This document shows positions 28,350 to 39,024 of a stretch of DNA of 64,000 nucleotides, piece by piece. Numbering within the stretch: position 1 is the stretch's first letter; each line of letters starts with the position of its first letter. Origin of the DNA: an uncultured candidate division Zixibacteria bacterium (lineage in GTDB: Bacteria; Zixibacteria; MSB-5A5; GN15; FEB-12); the NCBI GenBank assembly GCA_963664195.1, contig OY760907.1, forward strand, positions 3,328,001 through 3,392,000. The letters run 5' to 3'. Made by a program: the position numbers and the translations under genes. The notes beneath the pieces are model-generated. The model did no database searches, was not told the DNA's origin, and saw only the letters and a program-made list of their open reading frames with translations.

Positions 28350-28387
28350 GTTAGGTTTGCGTTAACAGACGTTTAGAAATGCGTTAG
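28350..28387 (-). promoter_or_regulatory. Pho-box-like array: four direct repeats at exact 11-bp period
   Basis: GTTAG 28350, GTTAA 28361, TTTAG 28372, GTTAG 28383. Confidence 0.65.
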
Positions 28388-28557
28388 TCATTGCCACGCT
28401 TATTCTTGCCCAGGAATCAGGAGCAAGATTCACGGAACCTTAACAATCGACGCATACAAGCTGAACACGGGTCAACTATTTCACACCATCGAAAACGGAA
28501 GAAACAGGAAGAACTCTCTGGCGGAAGGAAGAGCCGCCGGACCCAAGGAGGGAAGGA

Positions 28558-31524
28558 ATGCATTACTGGAGGAATCAATTGAATTTCGTTAAGTACTTGT
28601 TATTCGGCTTGGTGGCTTTGTTGGTGGCTTCCTCTGCGATAGCCTCCGACGACGGCAAAATCACCGGCACCGTAATCGACGCCGAAACCGGAGACGCCAT
28701 CATCGGTGTCAGCGTGTACCTTGAAGGTACCTCTCAGGGCGCAGTAACTGATATCGACGGCACCTACACCATTAAGAAGGTGGTTCCCGGGACCTACTCT
28801 CTTCGCGTACAGGCTGTTAACTACGCCACAGTACGCATGACCGACGTTGATGTCGTCTCAGGTGATAAGGCTGAGGTCAACTTCAAGATGAGTACCATGA
28901 TTCTCGAACTGGATGAGATCATCGTGGTAACGGGCCAGAAGATGCAACGGACCGAGGCATTCATGCTGAAGCATCGCCAGGCATCCGAATCGGTTTCCGA
29001 CGCGATTAGTGCCGATGAGATTTCGCGGTCTGGTTCAAGCGATGCGGCTGAGGCAGTGAAGACAGTTGTCGGCGCGTCTGTTGTCGATGGCAAGCATGTG
29101 TATGTTCGCGGTCTTGGTGATCGTTACAGCAACACGCAGCTCAACGGTGCGGCCCTGCCAAGCCCTGATCCCGACAAACAGTCTGCGCCGCTGGATCTGA
29201 TTCCATCGAATCTGCTGGACAACATCGTTGTACAGAAATCCTTCACTCCGGACAAGCCGGGCAACTTCGCCGGCGGCAGTGTCAATCTGAGCACTCGCGA
29301 CTATCCGGGTGAGCGTACGTTGAAGTTCTCGACTTCAGCCTCTTACAATAGTGTAACGACATTTGAAAACGACTTGTTGGCACATGACCCCAGTTCCAAA
29401 GACTGGCTGGCCTATGACAACGGCAAGCGCGACGTCCCCGGAGTCGTGGCCGATCTCGATCCCGACCTTCAGGATCGCATCCCGCAGAATCGACGGTTTG
29501 TGGTCGTCCGTCCGGGCGAGGGCGACTACTATGCACCTGTCCTCGACTACATGGATGAGTCCGCGAAGTCGTTTAATCCGGAAATGCGAGCCAAAACACG
29601 CGAAGCGCCGCTCAATCAGAGCCATTCCCTCGCCTACGGAGATCAGTGGAATCTGTTCGACAGGCCGTTGGGAATCGTGTCGACGCTGTCCTACTCCCGC
29701 AAGCTCCAGAAATACAACGGCTTCCAGGGCCGGTATCGGCGTGGAGGCACTCAGAGTTCCGCGTTGACCCCGGACTACGAATTCGACGATGTTCGCGGCA
29801 AAGACGAAGTCCATTGGGGTGGGTTGGTCAATCTCCACTACGGAGTACACCCGAATCACAAATTCGGCGTGAGCTACATGCACAATCAGCACGGTCAGTC
29901 AACCAGTCGCTACCTCTACGGGCAGTGGCTCGAGTATTCAGACGCGGACGTCAACGTGCGCAACTACGTACTGCATTACACTGAACGGCACTTAGATAAT
30001 CTGCAGTTCTCAGGGCAACACGCCATCGGAGGCAACAAGCTGCGGGTTGAGTGGCAGGCGTCTCTCTCCTCTACCAGCCAGTACGAACCTGATTTGCGCT
30101 TCTTCACCGACGAGGTTGTCCCGGTTTACCTTGAAGACGATGACACCGGCGACCTGGTGAAGACTGACTCCGTTAGCTACGTGATCCAGACTTCCCGCTA
30201 CCGCGCTCCGCAGCGTCTCTGGAGAGACCTAAATGAAGATCGCAACGACTTCACAGCGGACTTCACATACCAGCTGAATCAGCGCGCCAAATTGAAAGCA
30301 GGAGGCGCGTATGCGAAGATGAACCGGTCAGTTACCGAACGTCGCTTCCTGTACCAGAATACAACAGGCTACAAAGCATTCAATGGCAACATCGATGCCT
30401 ACGCCGCAGATATGGGCCTCGACTCGATGTACACGTATTACTCAGGTCCGAACCCGGACGACTCCACAACAGTATATCTGTACAGTAATTACCTGTCCGA
30501 ATCGACAAATGAACGCGATCAGTACCACGGTGAACAGAAGGTCAGCGCTGCCTACGGAATGATTGAGACTCCGTTGCTCGGAGATCTGACGTTCATCGGC
30601 GGGCTCCGTCATGAACACACCGACATGTCTTCCCAAACGGACGATCAGAATTATGACAAGGGTGAGTTGAAAGAAGACGATCTTCTCCCGTCTATCAATT
30701 TCGTGCATCGCACAACAGATCGGATGAATCTCCGTCTTTCGCTCGCAAAGACTCTTGCCCGTCCAACGTTGCGCGAGATGACGCCGTCCGCGTCTGAAGA
30801 ATTCGCCATAGGTAGCTTCTTCAACGGCAACGCCGACCTGAAGATGACCCGTATTACCAATTTTGATCTTCGCTGGGAGTGGTTCGTAAAACCGGGAGAG
30901 ATCATCGCGGTCAGTGGCTTCTATAAAAAGTTCAAAGATCCTATCGAGTTGGCTATCGTCACCGTCAACCGCGACATCAAGCCGCTGAACTCCGAAGACG
31001 CTACCGTTATGGGACTCGAATTTGAGTTCCGCCGCCGCCTTGATTGGATATCCTCGCACCTTGCCAGTTTCAAGCTCGGCGGTAACCTGACGCTGGTCCG
31101 CTCGCGAGTGGACATCGCCCAGGAAGAGCTGGATGAAATCTTGCCGCTGTTCCCTGATGCTGATCGCGAGCGCCAGATGGCCGGTCAGTCACCGTATATC
31201 GTCAATTTGGACCTGGAATACGACCATCCGTCGAGTGGCACCTCGATTTCGGCCTATTACAACGTGTTCGGCGAACGCTTCGCCTTCAACTCTGAAGGCA
31301 TGACACCCGACGTTTACGAGCAGCCATTCTCTCGACTTGACCTGAGATTGTCCCAGAAGTTCATCGCCGGTACAACTCTCAATGCCGGAATCTCAAACCT
31401 CCTCGACTCCAAGATCGAGTACCTCTATGAAGATAAAATAGGCGACAGTGTCGCGGATGAGGTTTATGAATCCTACTCTCCGGGTCGCACTTTTTCCCTT
31501 GGCGTCAACTACAACGTCTGGTAA
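28558..31524 (+). CDS. TonB-dependent receptor with N-terminal carboxypeptidase-regulatory-like domain
   Basis: GKITGTVIDAETG...TDIDGTY; plug VYVRGLGDRY and PLDLIPSNLLDNIVVQKSFTPD; C-terminal GRTFSLGVNYNVW. Confidence 0.93.
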   Translation: MHYWRNQLNFVKYLLFGLVALLVASSAIASDDGKITGTVIDAETGDAIIGVSVYLEGTSQGAVTDIDGTYTIKKVVPGTYSLRVQAVNYATVRMTDVDVVSGDKAEVNFKMSTMILELDEIIVVTGQKMQRTEAFMLKHRQASESVSDAISADEISRSGSSDAAEAVKTVVGASVVDGKHVYVRGLGDRYSNTQLNGAALPSPDPDKQSAPLDLIPSNLLDNIVVQKSFTPDKPGNFAGGSVNLSTRDYPGERTLKFSTSASYNSVTTFENDLLAHDPSSKDWLAYDNGKRDVPGVVADLDPDLQDRIPQNRRFVVVRPGEGDYYAPVLDYMDESAKSFNPEMRAKTREAPLNQSHSLAYGDQWNLFDRPLGIVSTLSYSRKLQKYNGFQGRYRRGGTQSSALTPDYEFDDVRGKDEVHWGGLVNLHYGVHPNHKFGVSYMHNQHGQSTSRYLYGQWLEYSDADVNVRNYVLHYTERHLDNLQFSGQHAIGGNKLRVEWQASLSSTSQYEPDLRFFTDEVVPVYLEDDDTGDLVKTDSVSYVIQTSRYRAPQRLWRDLNEDRNDFTADFTYQLNQRAKLKAGGAYAKMNRSVTERRFLYQNTTGYKAFNGNIDAYAADMGLDSMYTYYSGPNPDDSTTVYLYSNYLSESTNERDQYHGEQKVSAAYGMIETPLLGDLTFIGGLRHEHTDMSSQTDDQNYDKGELKEDDLLPSINFVHRTTDRMNLRLSLAKTLARPTLREMTPSASEEFAIGSFFNGNADLKMTRITNFDLRWEWFVKPGEIIAVSGFYKKFKDPIELAIVTVNRDIKPLNSEDATVMGLEFEFRRRLDWISSHLASFKLGGNLTLVRSRVDIAQEELDEILPLFPDADRERQMAGQSPYIVNLDLEYDHPSSGTSISAYYNVFGERFAFNSEGMTPDVYEQPFSRLDLRLSQKFIAGTTLNAGISNLLDSKIEYLYEDKIGDSVADEVYESYSPGRTFSLGVNYNVW

Positions 31525-31770
31525 AGACACTTCAATGCGAAGGTGCTGACAATCGAATCCAGGCCGGAGCGGACAACACGCTTCGGCCTCTCTTCTTCCC
31601 CTGCATGCCCCCACCTGGCCCACTTTGGACCGGCGATTTCCTCCCACTCGCGCCATCTTACGGAATAATGACTTCTTGCTAATACAGTCTAAACGTTTCT
31701 CCAGGAAATTGTCGTCGTGCGTGTGACCACTGCCATTGTTCAGAGCCACTCCCAGCCCAAAGGAGGAATA

Positions 31771-31950
31771 ATGGCAGGAAATTACGATCCGCTTCCAGAG
31801 GACGAAAGTGACATGGGTAATCTAAACAGAGAAAACGCAAGGAGGAACACTGAACCGGTACTTGCCACAGAAATCACTGACTTCAATTACCACTATATCG
31901 AAACACAACAGTCTGAGCCTGATGGCTCACATACTGAAGGAACAATGTAA
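31771..31950 (+). CDS. Possible small acidic protein (59 aa)
   Basis: AAAGGAGG RBS just before ATG 31771; stop 2 nt before the next ATG. Confidence 0.35.
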   Translation: MAGNYDPLPEDESDMGNLNRENARRNTEPVLATEITDFNYHYIETQQSEPDGSHTEGTM

Positions 31951-31952
31951 AC

Positions 31953-34900
31953 ATGTTGAAAAAGCTATTTTTCATGCTGATGGTCGCCGCAATGCCGGTA
32001 CTGGCCTTTGGACAGGTCAGTGACGACGGTAAGCCGGTCAAGGTGATCACCGACGCTGACATCGTGGCCGTTAACAACTGGGTTTCGGACACGGTCTACA
32101 ACCTGGCCGGTTTCTGTTTCGTCGAGGACGGCGAAGTGCTGAACATTGAACCGGGAACGATTATCAAAGGCAACGAAGGCTCCGGCGCCAGCGCCTCCGC
32201 TCTGATCGTCGCCATGGGCGGCCAGATCTTCGCCGACGGCACGATCGAGGAGCCGATCGTCTTCACCTCCATCATCGATGACGTCGATGACCCGAATGAC
32301 ATTCCGCTGGCAGACGCCCGCGGCAAATGGGGCGGCCTCATCCTTCTTGGCAAGGCCAGCCTGAACACTACTACTGTCACCCGTCACATCGAAGGTATCC
32401 CGGAAGAGGAGCCTCGCGGTGACTACGGCGGCACCGACGATGACGACAACTCCGGTGTTGTCCGCTATGTCTCGATCCGCCACGGCGGCTCTGAAATAGG
32501 CGCTGCCAACGAGATCAACGGCCTCACCATGGGTGCCGTCGGTCGCGGTACGACCATCTCCCACGTCGAAGTCTTCTACAACCTCGACGACGGTTACGAG
32601 TGGTTCGGTGGTACGGTCAACTGCGACCACCTTATCGCTGCCTTCTGTGGCGACGATTCCTTCGACTACGACGAAGGTTTCCGTGGCGCCGGCCAGTTCT
32701 GGTTCACGATCCAGGCTTCTGACGCCGGCGATCGCGGCGGCGAGCATGATGGTGGCACGTCTCCGGTGGACGGCGCCCCGTTTGCCACTCCGCTGATTTC
32801 CAACGTGACCTACATTGGTCGCGGAGCTGACCAGACAGGTACTCAGCGTTGCTTCGAGATTCGCGACAACGCAGGGTCGGCCTATTACAACTCGATCTTC
32901 ACCGAGCACGGCACCTACGGTATCGCGGTTGAGAACGAAAACTCCGAGCCAACCGACTCTCAAGATCGTCTGGCCGGCGGCCAGATTAAGTTCATGAACA
33001 ACATCTGGTACGGCTTTGGCGACGGCAACACACCGACTGCTATCTGCAATGGTGATGCCGCTGTTGAAGCTGCCCTGTTCACCTCCGGCAACGACATGGT
33101 CGGCGACCCCGGTATTCGCGGAATCAGCCGCACTACCGATAACGGACTCGACCCTCGCCCGACCAGACTTGGCTGTGCCGGATGGCACCACTGGATCAAC
33201 CCGAAGGATCCGATCGACGGTTTTAACCCGCCGGCCGTCCCGGGCTACCCCGGTGCTATCGACGTCGACTGGGCCGACTTTGAAGTCGTTGACTACCCGG
33301 GTGCCATTGACCCGAACGTCTCTGTGGAAAACATCTGGATCGCCGGGTGGACCGCGCTGACTCATTACAGCTTCCTTTCCACCACGCCGGACGAAATCAC
33401 TGACAACGGCAAGCCGATCAAGGTCGTGACTGACTTTGATATCGTTGCCGATAACTACTGGTCTGCCGACACTGTCTACAATCTCAACGGCTTTGTCTTC
33501 GTCGAAGACGGCGAAATGCTGACCATCGAGCCGGGAACCATCGTTAAGGGTAACGAGGGTTCCGGTGCCAGTGCCTCCGCTCTGATCGTCGCCATGGGCG
33601 GCAAGATCTGTGCCGAGGGTACACGCAATGAGCCGATCGTCTTCACTTCCATCATCGACGATATCGATGACCCTAATGACATTCCGCTGGCCGACGCTCG
33701 CGGCAAGTGGGGCGGCCTCATCCTTCTCGGAAAGGCCAATCTGAACACTACCACCGTGACCCGCCACATTGAAGGTATCCCCGAAGAGGAACCGCGCGGC
33801 GACTATGGCGGCACGGACGATAATGACAACTCCGGTGTTGTCCGCTACGTTTCGATCCGTCACGGCGGCTCGGAAATCGGCGCTGCCAACGAGATCAACG
33901 GCCTCACCATGGGCGCCGTCGGTCGCGGTACCATGATCTCTTACGTCGAAGTGTTCTACAACCTCGACGACGGTTACGAATTCTTCGGGGGCACGGTCAA
34001 CTGTGACCACCTGATTGCTGCCTTCTGCGGCGACGATTCCTTCGACTACGACGAAGGTTTCCGTGGAACCGGCCAGTTCTGGTTTACGATCCAGGCTTCC
34101 GACGCCGGCGATCGCGGCGGTGAACACGATGGTGGCACGTCCCCGGTCGATGGCATGCCTTTTGCCACTCCACTGATTTCCAACGCCACTTATTGTGGCC
34201 GCGGTGCTGACCAGACCGGCACCCAGCGTTGCTTCGAGATTCGTGACAACGCCGGTTCGGCATACTACAACTCAATCTTTACCGACCACGGGACTTACGG
34301 CCTCAAGGTTGAGAACGAAGATTCCGAGCCGACTGACTCGCAGGATCGCCTGGCTGGCGGCCAAATCAAGTTCATGAACAACATCTGGTACGGCTTTGGC
34401 GACGGAAACACGCCGACCGCCATCTGCAACGGTGACGCCGCTGTGGAGGCCGCTCTCTTCACCTCCGGCAATGACTTTGCCGGCGACCCGAAGATGTGCA
34501 ACCTCAGCCGCATTCCGGAATCCAGCCTCGACCCGCGTCCGACCGATCTGGCCGGTGCCGGTTGGACTTCCTGGATTGACCCCAAGGATCCGATCGACGG
34601 TTTCTTCCCGCCGACCGTCCCGGGTTACCCGGGTGCCATCGATGTCGATTTCGCTGACTTCACGGTTGTTGACTACCCTGGTGCCTTTGATCCGAGCGTA
34701 GCTATCGAAGACATCTGGGCCTACGGTTGGACCGCCTTGACCCAGTACAGCTTCCTGGGCAACGCCAACGGCTGTGTCTCCTCCGGTTGCTGCACCGGTC
34801 CGTCTGTCGGCAATGTCGACGGTTCCCCTGACGACCTGATAACGATGGGTGATCTCACCGTCCTGATCGACCACCTGTTCATTAGCCTCAATCCGCTGGC

Positions 34901-35018
34901 GTGCATCACCGAGGGTAACGTCGACATGAGCGCTGACGGCCTAGTTACCATGGGTGACCTCACCGTCCTGATTGACCACCTGTTCATCAGCCTCAATCCG
35001 CTCCAGTCCTGCCCATAA
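31953..35018 (+). CDS. Secreted protein with two ~460-aa tandem beta-helix-like domains and a C-terminal dockerin-like domain
   Basis: GKWGGLILLGKA, NSGVVRYVSIRHGG, EINGLTMGAVG and DDGYEWFGGTV motifs occur twice; CCTGPSVGNVD dockerin. Confidence 0.85.
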   Translation: MLKKLFFMLMVAAMPVLAFGQVSDDGKPVKVITDADIVAVNNWVSDTVYNLAGFCFVEDGEVLNIEPGTIIKGNEGSGASASALIVAMGGQIFADGTIEEPIVFTSIIDDVDDPNDIPLADARGKWGGLILLGKASLNTTTVTRHIEGIPEEEPRGDYGGTDDDDNSGVVRYVSIRHGGSEIGAANEINGLTMGAVGRGTTISHVEVFYNLDDGYEWFGGTVNCDHLIAAFCGDDSFDYDEGFRGAGQFWFTIQASDAGDRGGEHDGGTSPVDGAPFATPLISNVTYIGRGADQTGTQRCFEIRDNAGSAYYNSIFTEHGTYGIAVENENSEPTDSQDRLAGGQIKFMNNIWYGFGDGNTPTAICNGDAAVEAALFTSGNDMVGDPGIRGISRTTDNGLDPRPTRLGCAGWHHWINPKDPIDGFNPPAVPGYPGAIDVDWADFEVVDYPGAIDPNVSVENIWIAGWTALTHYSFLSTTPDEITDNGKPIKVVTDFDIVADNYWSADTVYNLNGFVFVEDGEMLTIEPGTIVKGNEGSGASASALIVAMGGKICAEGTRNEPIVFTSIIDDIDDPNDIPLADARGKWGGLILLGKANLNTTTVTRHIEGIPEEEPRGDYGGTDDNDNSGVVRYVSIRHGGSEIGAANEINGLTMGAVGRGTMISYVEVFYNLDDGYEFFGGTVNCDHLIAAFCGDDSFDYDEGFRGTGQFWFTIQASDAGDRGGEHDGGTSPVDGMPFATPLISNATYCGRGADQTGTQRCFEIRDNAGSAYYNSIFTDHGTYGLKVENEDSEPTDSQDRLAGGQIKFMNNIWYGFGDGNTPTAICNGDAAVEAALFTSGNDFAGDPKMCNLSRIPESSLDPRPTDLAGAGWTSWIDPKDPIDGFFPPTVPGYPGAIDVDFADFTVVDYPGAFDPSVAIEDIWAYGWTALTQYSFLGNANGCVSSGCCTGPSVGNVDGSPDDLITMGDLTVLIDHLFISLNPLACITEGNVDMSADGLVTMGDLTVLIDHLFISLNPLQSCP
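32022..34757 (+). repeat. Intragenic tandem duplication, 1380-bp period
   Basis: Copies start at 32022 (DDGKPVKV) and 33402 (DNGKPIKV) and are highly similar at DNA level. Confidence 0.9.
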
Positions 35019-35062
35019 GAAAGCACTTCCTTCCTTCTTCCACGGCACACTTCCTGTGTCCG

Positions 35063-35095
35063 AAACACGCTCCCCAATCGGGGGGCGTGTTTTTT
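35063..35095 (+). terminator. Rho-independent terminator
   Basis: AAACACGCTCCCC...GGGGGCGTGTTT plus T tract. Confidence 0.8.
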
Positions 35096-35193
35096 ACTGT
35101 CAGCAGCACGTAACCAAATCAGTTGCCGCATCGTAGTATTTGCTATATCATGCAATCGGAACAAAATAGTCGTGTTATGAAAGGGCTTTGAAT

Positions 35194-38100
35194 ATGAAGA
35201 ACCGCCTAAGGTTTATAGCACTCGTGCTGGCAGTCGTGCTGGCATTCTCTTCGACTCTCCTGGCTAACGAGTTCCTTGAAGGACTTCAGCAGGACCAGTC
35301 GGTCCACGGATTCCGCACCGCCAATATCTACGAAAACGGAGCTGGCAAGGCTCTGGGAGCTCGATTCGTTTCAGAAAAATACGGGTTCGTCGTCGACTTG
35401 ATGCAGATACAATCGGTGCCACAGGCTTTTTACTGGATCAAAACTCCCGTTACCGGCAGTCAGGGCGAGCCGCACGCGTGTGAGCATCTGTTGCTCGGCA
35501 AGGGCAAACGCGGTCGCTACGTTGCCGCCCTTGAGGATATGGCCCTCGGAAACAGCACTGCGTACACGCAGCAATATCGCACCTGCTATCATTTCAACAC
35601 CTCTGCCGGCGAAGAGACATTTTATGATCTCTTTGAAGCCAAGTTACAGGCTTTTCTCCATCCGGATTTCACAGATGAAGAGATTCGGCGCGAGGTTTGT
35701 CACATCGGTGTAACCGAAGACCCGCAGACCGGTGAACTGTCTGTCGAGGAAAAGGGTACTGTTTATACTGAAATGGTCAGTGCATTCGAGAAGCCCTGGT
35801 ACTACACCTGGGGTACTATGAGCAAATTGACCTACGGCGAGGATCATCCCCTGGCGCACTGCTCAGGCGGTCAACCGGACTCCATGAGAAACATGGTCCC
35901 CGAAGACATGTGGGCATTCCACAAAGAGAATTACCATCTGGCGAATATGGGAGCGATTGTGTCTATCCCTAGTCAGATAGACATCGAGACGTTTCTTGAG
36001 AGAACAAACACAATCCTCGGCAGTTGTCAGGACTACGCAGACTCCAGTCCAAATGTAGGTATCGGTGCGTACGACTTTCCGGATCCGAAACCGGCCCCGC
36101 TCGGTACCACACAGCTCGTCGGATTCCCGAGCGACAAGCCGGAAGATCCCGGCGATCTGATGTACACGCTGCCGTTGACGGCCAACATCGATTTCAACGA
36201 AGAGTTCATCCTGGACATATTTCTCTCCACATTCTCCAGCGGTGAGACATCAGACCTGTACAATACGTTCATCAACTCCGCCACCAAGAAGACGGATTTC
36301 GGCGCTTCCAGCGTGTACGGCGGTTGGGATGACGATCTCGGGCACCAGGTCTACTTCGGCCTCTCCGGAGTCCCCAACGACAAAGTTACCGAAAGGAACC
36401 TCGACAGTGCGTACGCCATGATTGTCAGCGAGATGCGTCGCATTCGCGCGCTGCCGGAGGGTTCAGAAGAGCTTCGCGAATTCAATGCCCGTGCCGCCAA
36501 CCGGCTGGCGTCCGACAGGAAGTTCACAGAGAACTACCTCAATCAGCCTCCCATGTTCGGCTTCCGCCGGGGACCAGCAGGCACCTGGCTGAACATGCTG
36601 GAGGACCTGGAGAAAGAGCCGGGATTCCGGAAATCTCTGGTTCTGAAAGACCGTTTCGAATACGCGGACAGTCTGATGCATTCAGAAGGTAATTTCTGGC
36701 GCACGTTCATCGACAAGTGGGGACTCCTCGATATCCCACCGTACGCCATTGGTGCCTACCCGACGCCCGACATTCAGGCGGCCAACATCGCAGCGAAAGA
36801 GTCTCGGGTTGCCGGTTACCTGGAGGACTTCCGCGAAGAGTATGCGACAACCGATGATCAGAAAGCGATCAGCAGGTTCAAGGAGGATTTTGACACCAAG
36901 ACAGCGGAGTTGGATGCACTCGCCATCGAGGACAAGATTCCCGACTTTATCGAAAACCCGCCGATGACGTTGGATGACCAGCTCACTTACGAAGTCCTCG
37001 CGCTTCCTGGTGATGTGCCGATGGTAGCATCTACATTCGAGAACATGACGTCTTCGCAGATTGGTCTCGCCCTGAACCTGAACGTGCTTCCTGAAAACCT
37101 GTTAGTCTATCTCCCCGCCCTGCCGTCGGTCCTGACATCAATCGGCGTAACCCGTGACGGGGAGGTTATACCGTTCGAAGTGATGAGCGAACGACTCCGC
37201 AGTGAGGTCATGAGCCTCAACGCTTTCTATAGCTCTAATGGTCACACCAATCGTGCCGAATTGGTTGTCTCGGGTCGGGCAAGCAATCTGGAGGAGCTGA
37301 AGAACGCCCTCGGCTGGATGGACGCGGCCCTGTACTCCCCCTATCTGTCAGTCGACAATATTCCGCGCATGATGGATTTGATCGATCAGGCGCTGGTTGG
37401 ATACCGCAACAGGACCAAGGGTTCGGAGGAAGACTGGGTTGACAATCCGGTTTTCGGTTACAGGTATCAGACAAACCCGGTACTCATGTCGACCGGCTGC
37501 TTCCTTACCGAGTTGCACCACATGCAGCGCCTGAAATGGATGCTGACCGACCTTGGTTCCGGAGAACAACAGCAGGAAACCGTTGGCGCTCTTGAAGCGC
37601 TCAAGCAATCCGCCTCCGGGTTGGATCGAGAAGGTTTGACCGCGTTTCTGGACGGTGCCGACTACGCCGAACTTGGTGAGCCGCTCGCGACTGTCATGAC
37701 CGATGTCAACGATGCCCTCAAGGCGACGCTCGGCGACATTCCCGACGAAACTCTCTCAGCAGATTTCGCGTTCATGTGTGACGAGATCAAGAATGATCTT
37801 CTCGTGAAACCGGAAAGCGCCCTGACCGATATCAATACTGCGCTTGATCTGCTCAGGAAGTCCGACAATGCCCGCATGTATATGATTTCAAACAGCGATG
37901 ACCGCAATGCCTCGATGGAACTCATTCGCGAGTTCGTTGGCAAGCTAGACTCCAGGACAAAATCGGTCGATCAGCAGTATGCCAAATCCAACCGCATCGC
38001 TCAGCGACTCATAGATCGCACACCGGGACTCGACACTAAGCCGGTTTACGTCGGTCTCCTGCACGAAGAGACACGCAACGGCGTCCTCCTGTTCGGTGCC

Positions 38101-38724
38101 AAAGAGACCGAAGTGCGGTATGACACCTCGACGTCCCAAGTGCTCACCTGTCTTGCCGGCAAATTATACGGCGGCGGCGGTCCTCACGGTTTGTTCATGA
38201 GGACCTGGGCGGCGGGTCTGGCTTACAGCAACGGCTACGGCTACCGAGAAAACGCTGGGCGCGTATCCTACTACGCCGAACGCTGCCCCGATGTAGCCGA
38301 AACCATGCGATTTGTCGTCAACGAGTTGAAGACGGCGAAGGATGACCCTTCGCTGACCTCGTACGCCGTGGCACAGGTGTTTGGTGCCTCGCGTTCTGCC
38401 TCCCGCTACGAGACTCGTGGGGCGGCCATGGCAAGTGATCTGGCCGACGGTCAGTCACCGGAAATGGTTCGCGCTTTCAGAGAGAAAGTGCTCGCGATCA
38501 GAGACGACGAAGGACTCTACGACGACGTGAAGTCCCGCATGGAAGAGGCGTACGGTCCGGTCATGATCGGATACGGTGCCCCACTTGCAGAGAGCAAGGA
38601 CTCTTATTTCTTCCTTATCGGACCGGATGAGCAGTTTGAATCTCTCGAGAACTACATCGCCACGGTTGAGCAGCCGCAGGCGGTGTATCGTCTCTACCCG
38701 CGCGACTACTGGTTGGTCGACTAG
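35194..38724 (+). CDS. Secreted M16 (insulinase/PreP-like) metallopeptidase
   Basis: Signal peptide; inverted zincin HACEH; KGTVYTEM; YHLANM; GLAYSNG C-terminal motif. Confidence 0.8.
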   Translation: MKNRLRFIALVLAVVLAFSSTLLANEFLEGLQQDQSVHGFRTANIYENGAGKALGARFVSEKYGFVVDLMQIQSVPQAFYWIKTPVTGSQGEPHACEHLLLGKGKRGRYVAALEDMALGNSTAYTQQYRTCYHFNTSAGEETFYDLFEAKLQAFLHPDFTDEEIRREVCHIGVTEDPQTGELSVEEKGTVYTEMVSAFEKPWYYTWGTMSKLTYGEDHPLAHCSGGQPDSMRNMVPEDMWAFHKENYHLANMGAIVSIPSQIDIETFLERTNTILGSCQDYADSSPNVGIGAYDFPDPKPAPLGTTQLVGFPSDKPEDPGDLMYTLPLTANIDFNEEFILDIFLSTFSSGETSDLYNTFINSATKKTDFGASSVYGGWDDDLGHQVYFGLSGVPNDKVTERNLDSAYAMIVSEMRRIRALPEGSEELREFNARAANRLASDRKFTENYLNQPPMFGFRRGPAGTWLNMLEDLEKEPGFRKSLVLKDRFEYADSLMHSEGNFWRTFIDKWGLLDIPPYAIGAYPTPDIQAANIAAKESRVAGYLEDFREEYATTDDQKAISRFKEDFDTKTAELDALAIEDKIPDFIENPPMTLDDQLTYEVLALPGDVPMVASTFENMTSSQIGLALNLNVLPENLLVYLPALPSVLTSIGVTRDGEVIPFEVMSERLRSEVMSLNAFYSSNGHTNRAELVVSGRASNLEELKNALGWMDAALYSPYLSVDNIPRMMDLIDQALVGYRNRTKGSEEDWVDNPVFGYRYQTNPVLMSTGCFLTELHHMQRLKWMLTDLGSGEQQQETVGALEALKQSASGLDREGLTAFLDGADYAELGEPLATVMTDVNDALKATLGDIPDETLSADFAFMCDEIKNDLLVKPESALTDINTALDLLRKSDNARMYMISNSDDRNASMELIREFVGKLDSRTKSVDQQYAKSNRIAQRLIDRTPGLDTKPVYVGLLHEETRNGVLLFGAKETEVRYDTSTSQVLTCLAGKLYGGGGPHGLFMRTWAAGLAYSNGYGYRENAGRVSYYAERCPDVAETMRFVVNELKTAKDDPSLTSYAVAQVFGASRSASRYETRGAAMASDLADGQSPEMVRAFREKVLAIRDDEGLYDDVKSRMEEAYGPVMIGYGAPLAESKDSYFFLIGPDEQFESLENYIATVEQPQAVYRLYPRDYWLVD

Positions 38725-38764
38725 GGATCGAAAACAGCCAATCTAGAAATGGCACTCAGACAAA

Positions 38765-38801
38765 GCGGCCGTTCTCGAAGGTGAGGACGGCCGTCTCTTT
38801 T
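38765..38801 (+). terminator. Rho-independent terminator
   Basis: GCGGCCGTTCTC...GAGGACGGCCGT then CTCTTTT. Confidence 0.6.
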
Positions 38802-39024
38802 GTGGTCGTAGAATTAGGGACATAGACGAGAATTGCCTTGAACAAATGTGCGCCCCGGTGTATATATAGACACATGTCAAGACCATTGGTGCTTGTGCAC
38901 AGTCCATGCTTGCCGTTTTCGGGGGATCGTCACTTGTCGGCAGCCCCAACGTTACGCTGTCCGCACACACGTACTACGCCTTGAAGTGTCAATTCGAATT
39001 GCTTGTTTGTTGGAGGGACCTCAC

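Noticed and set aside
31965..34127. 720-aa antisense ORF
   Set aside because: Shadow of the strongly codon-biased plus-strand gene; no motifs of its own.
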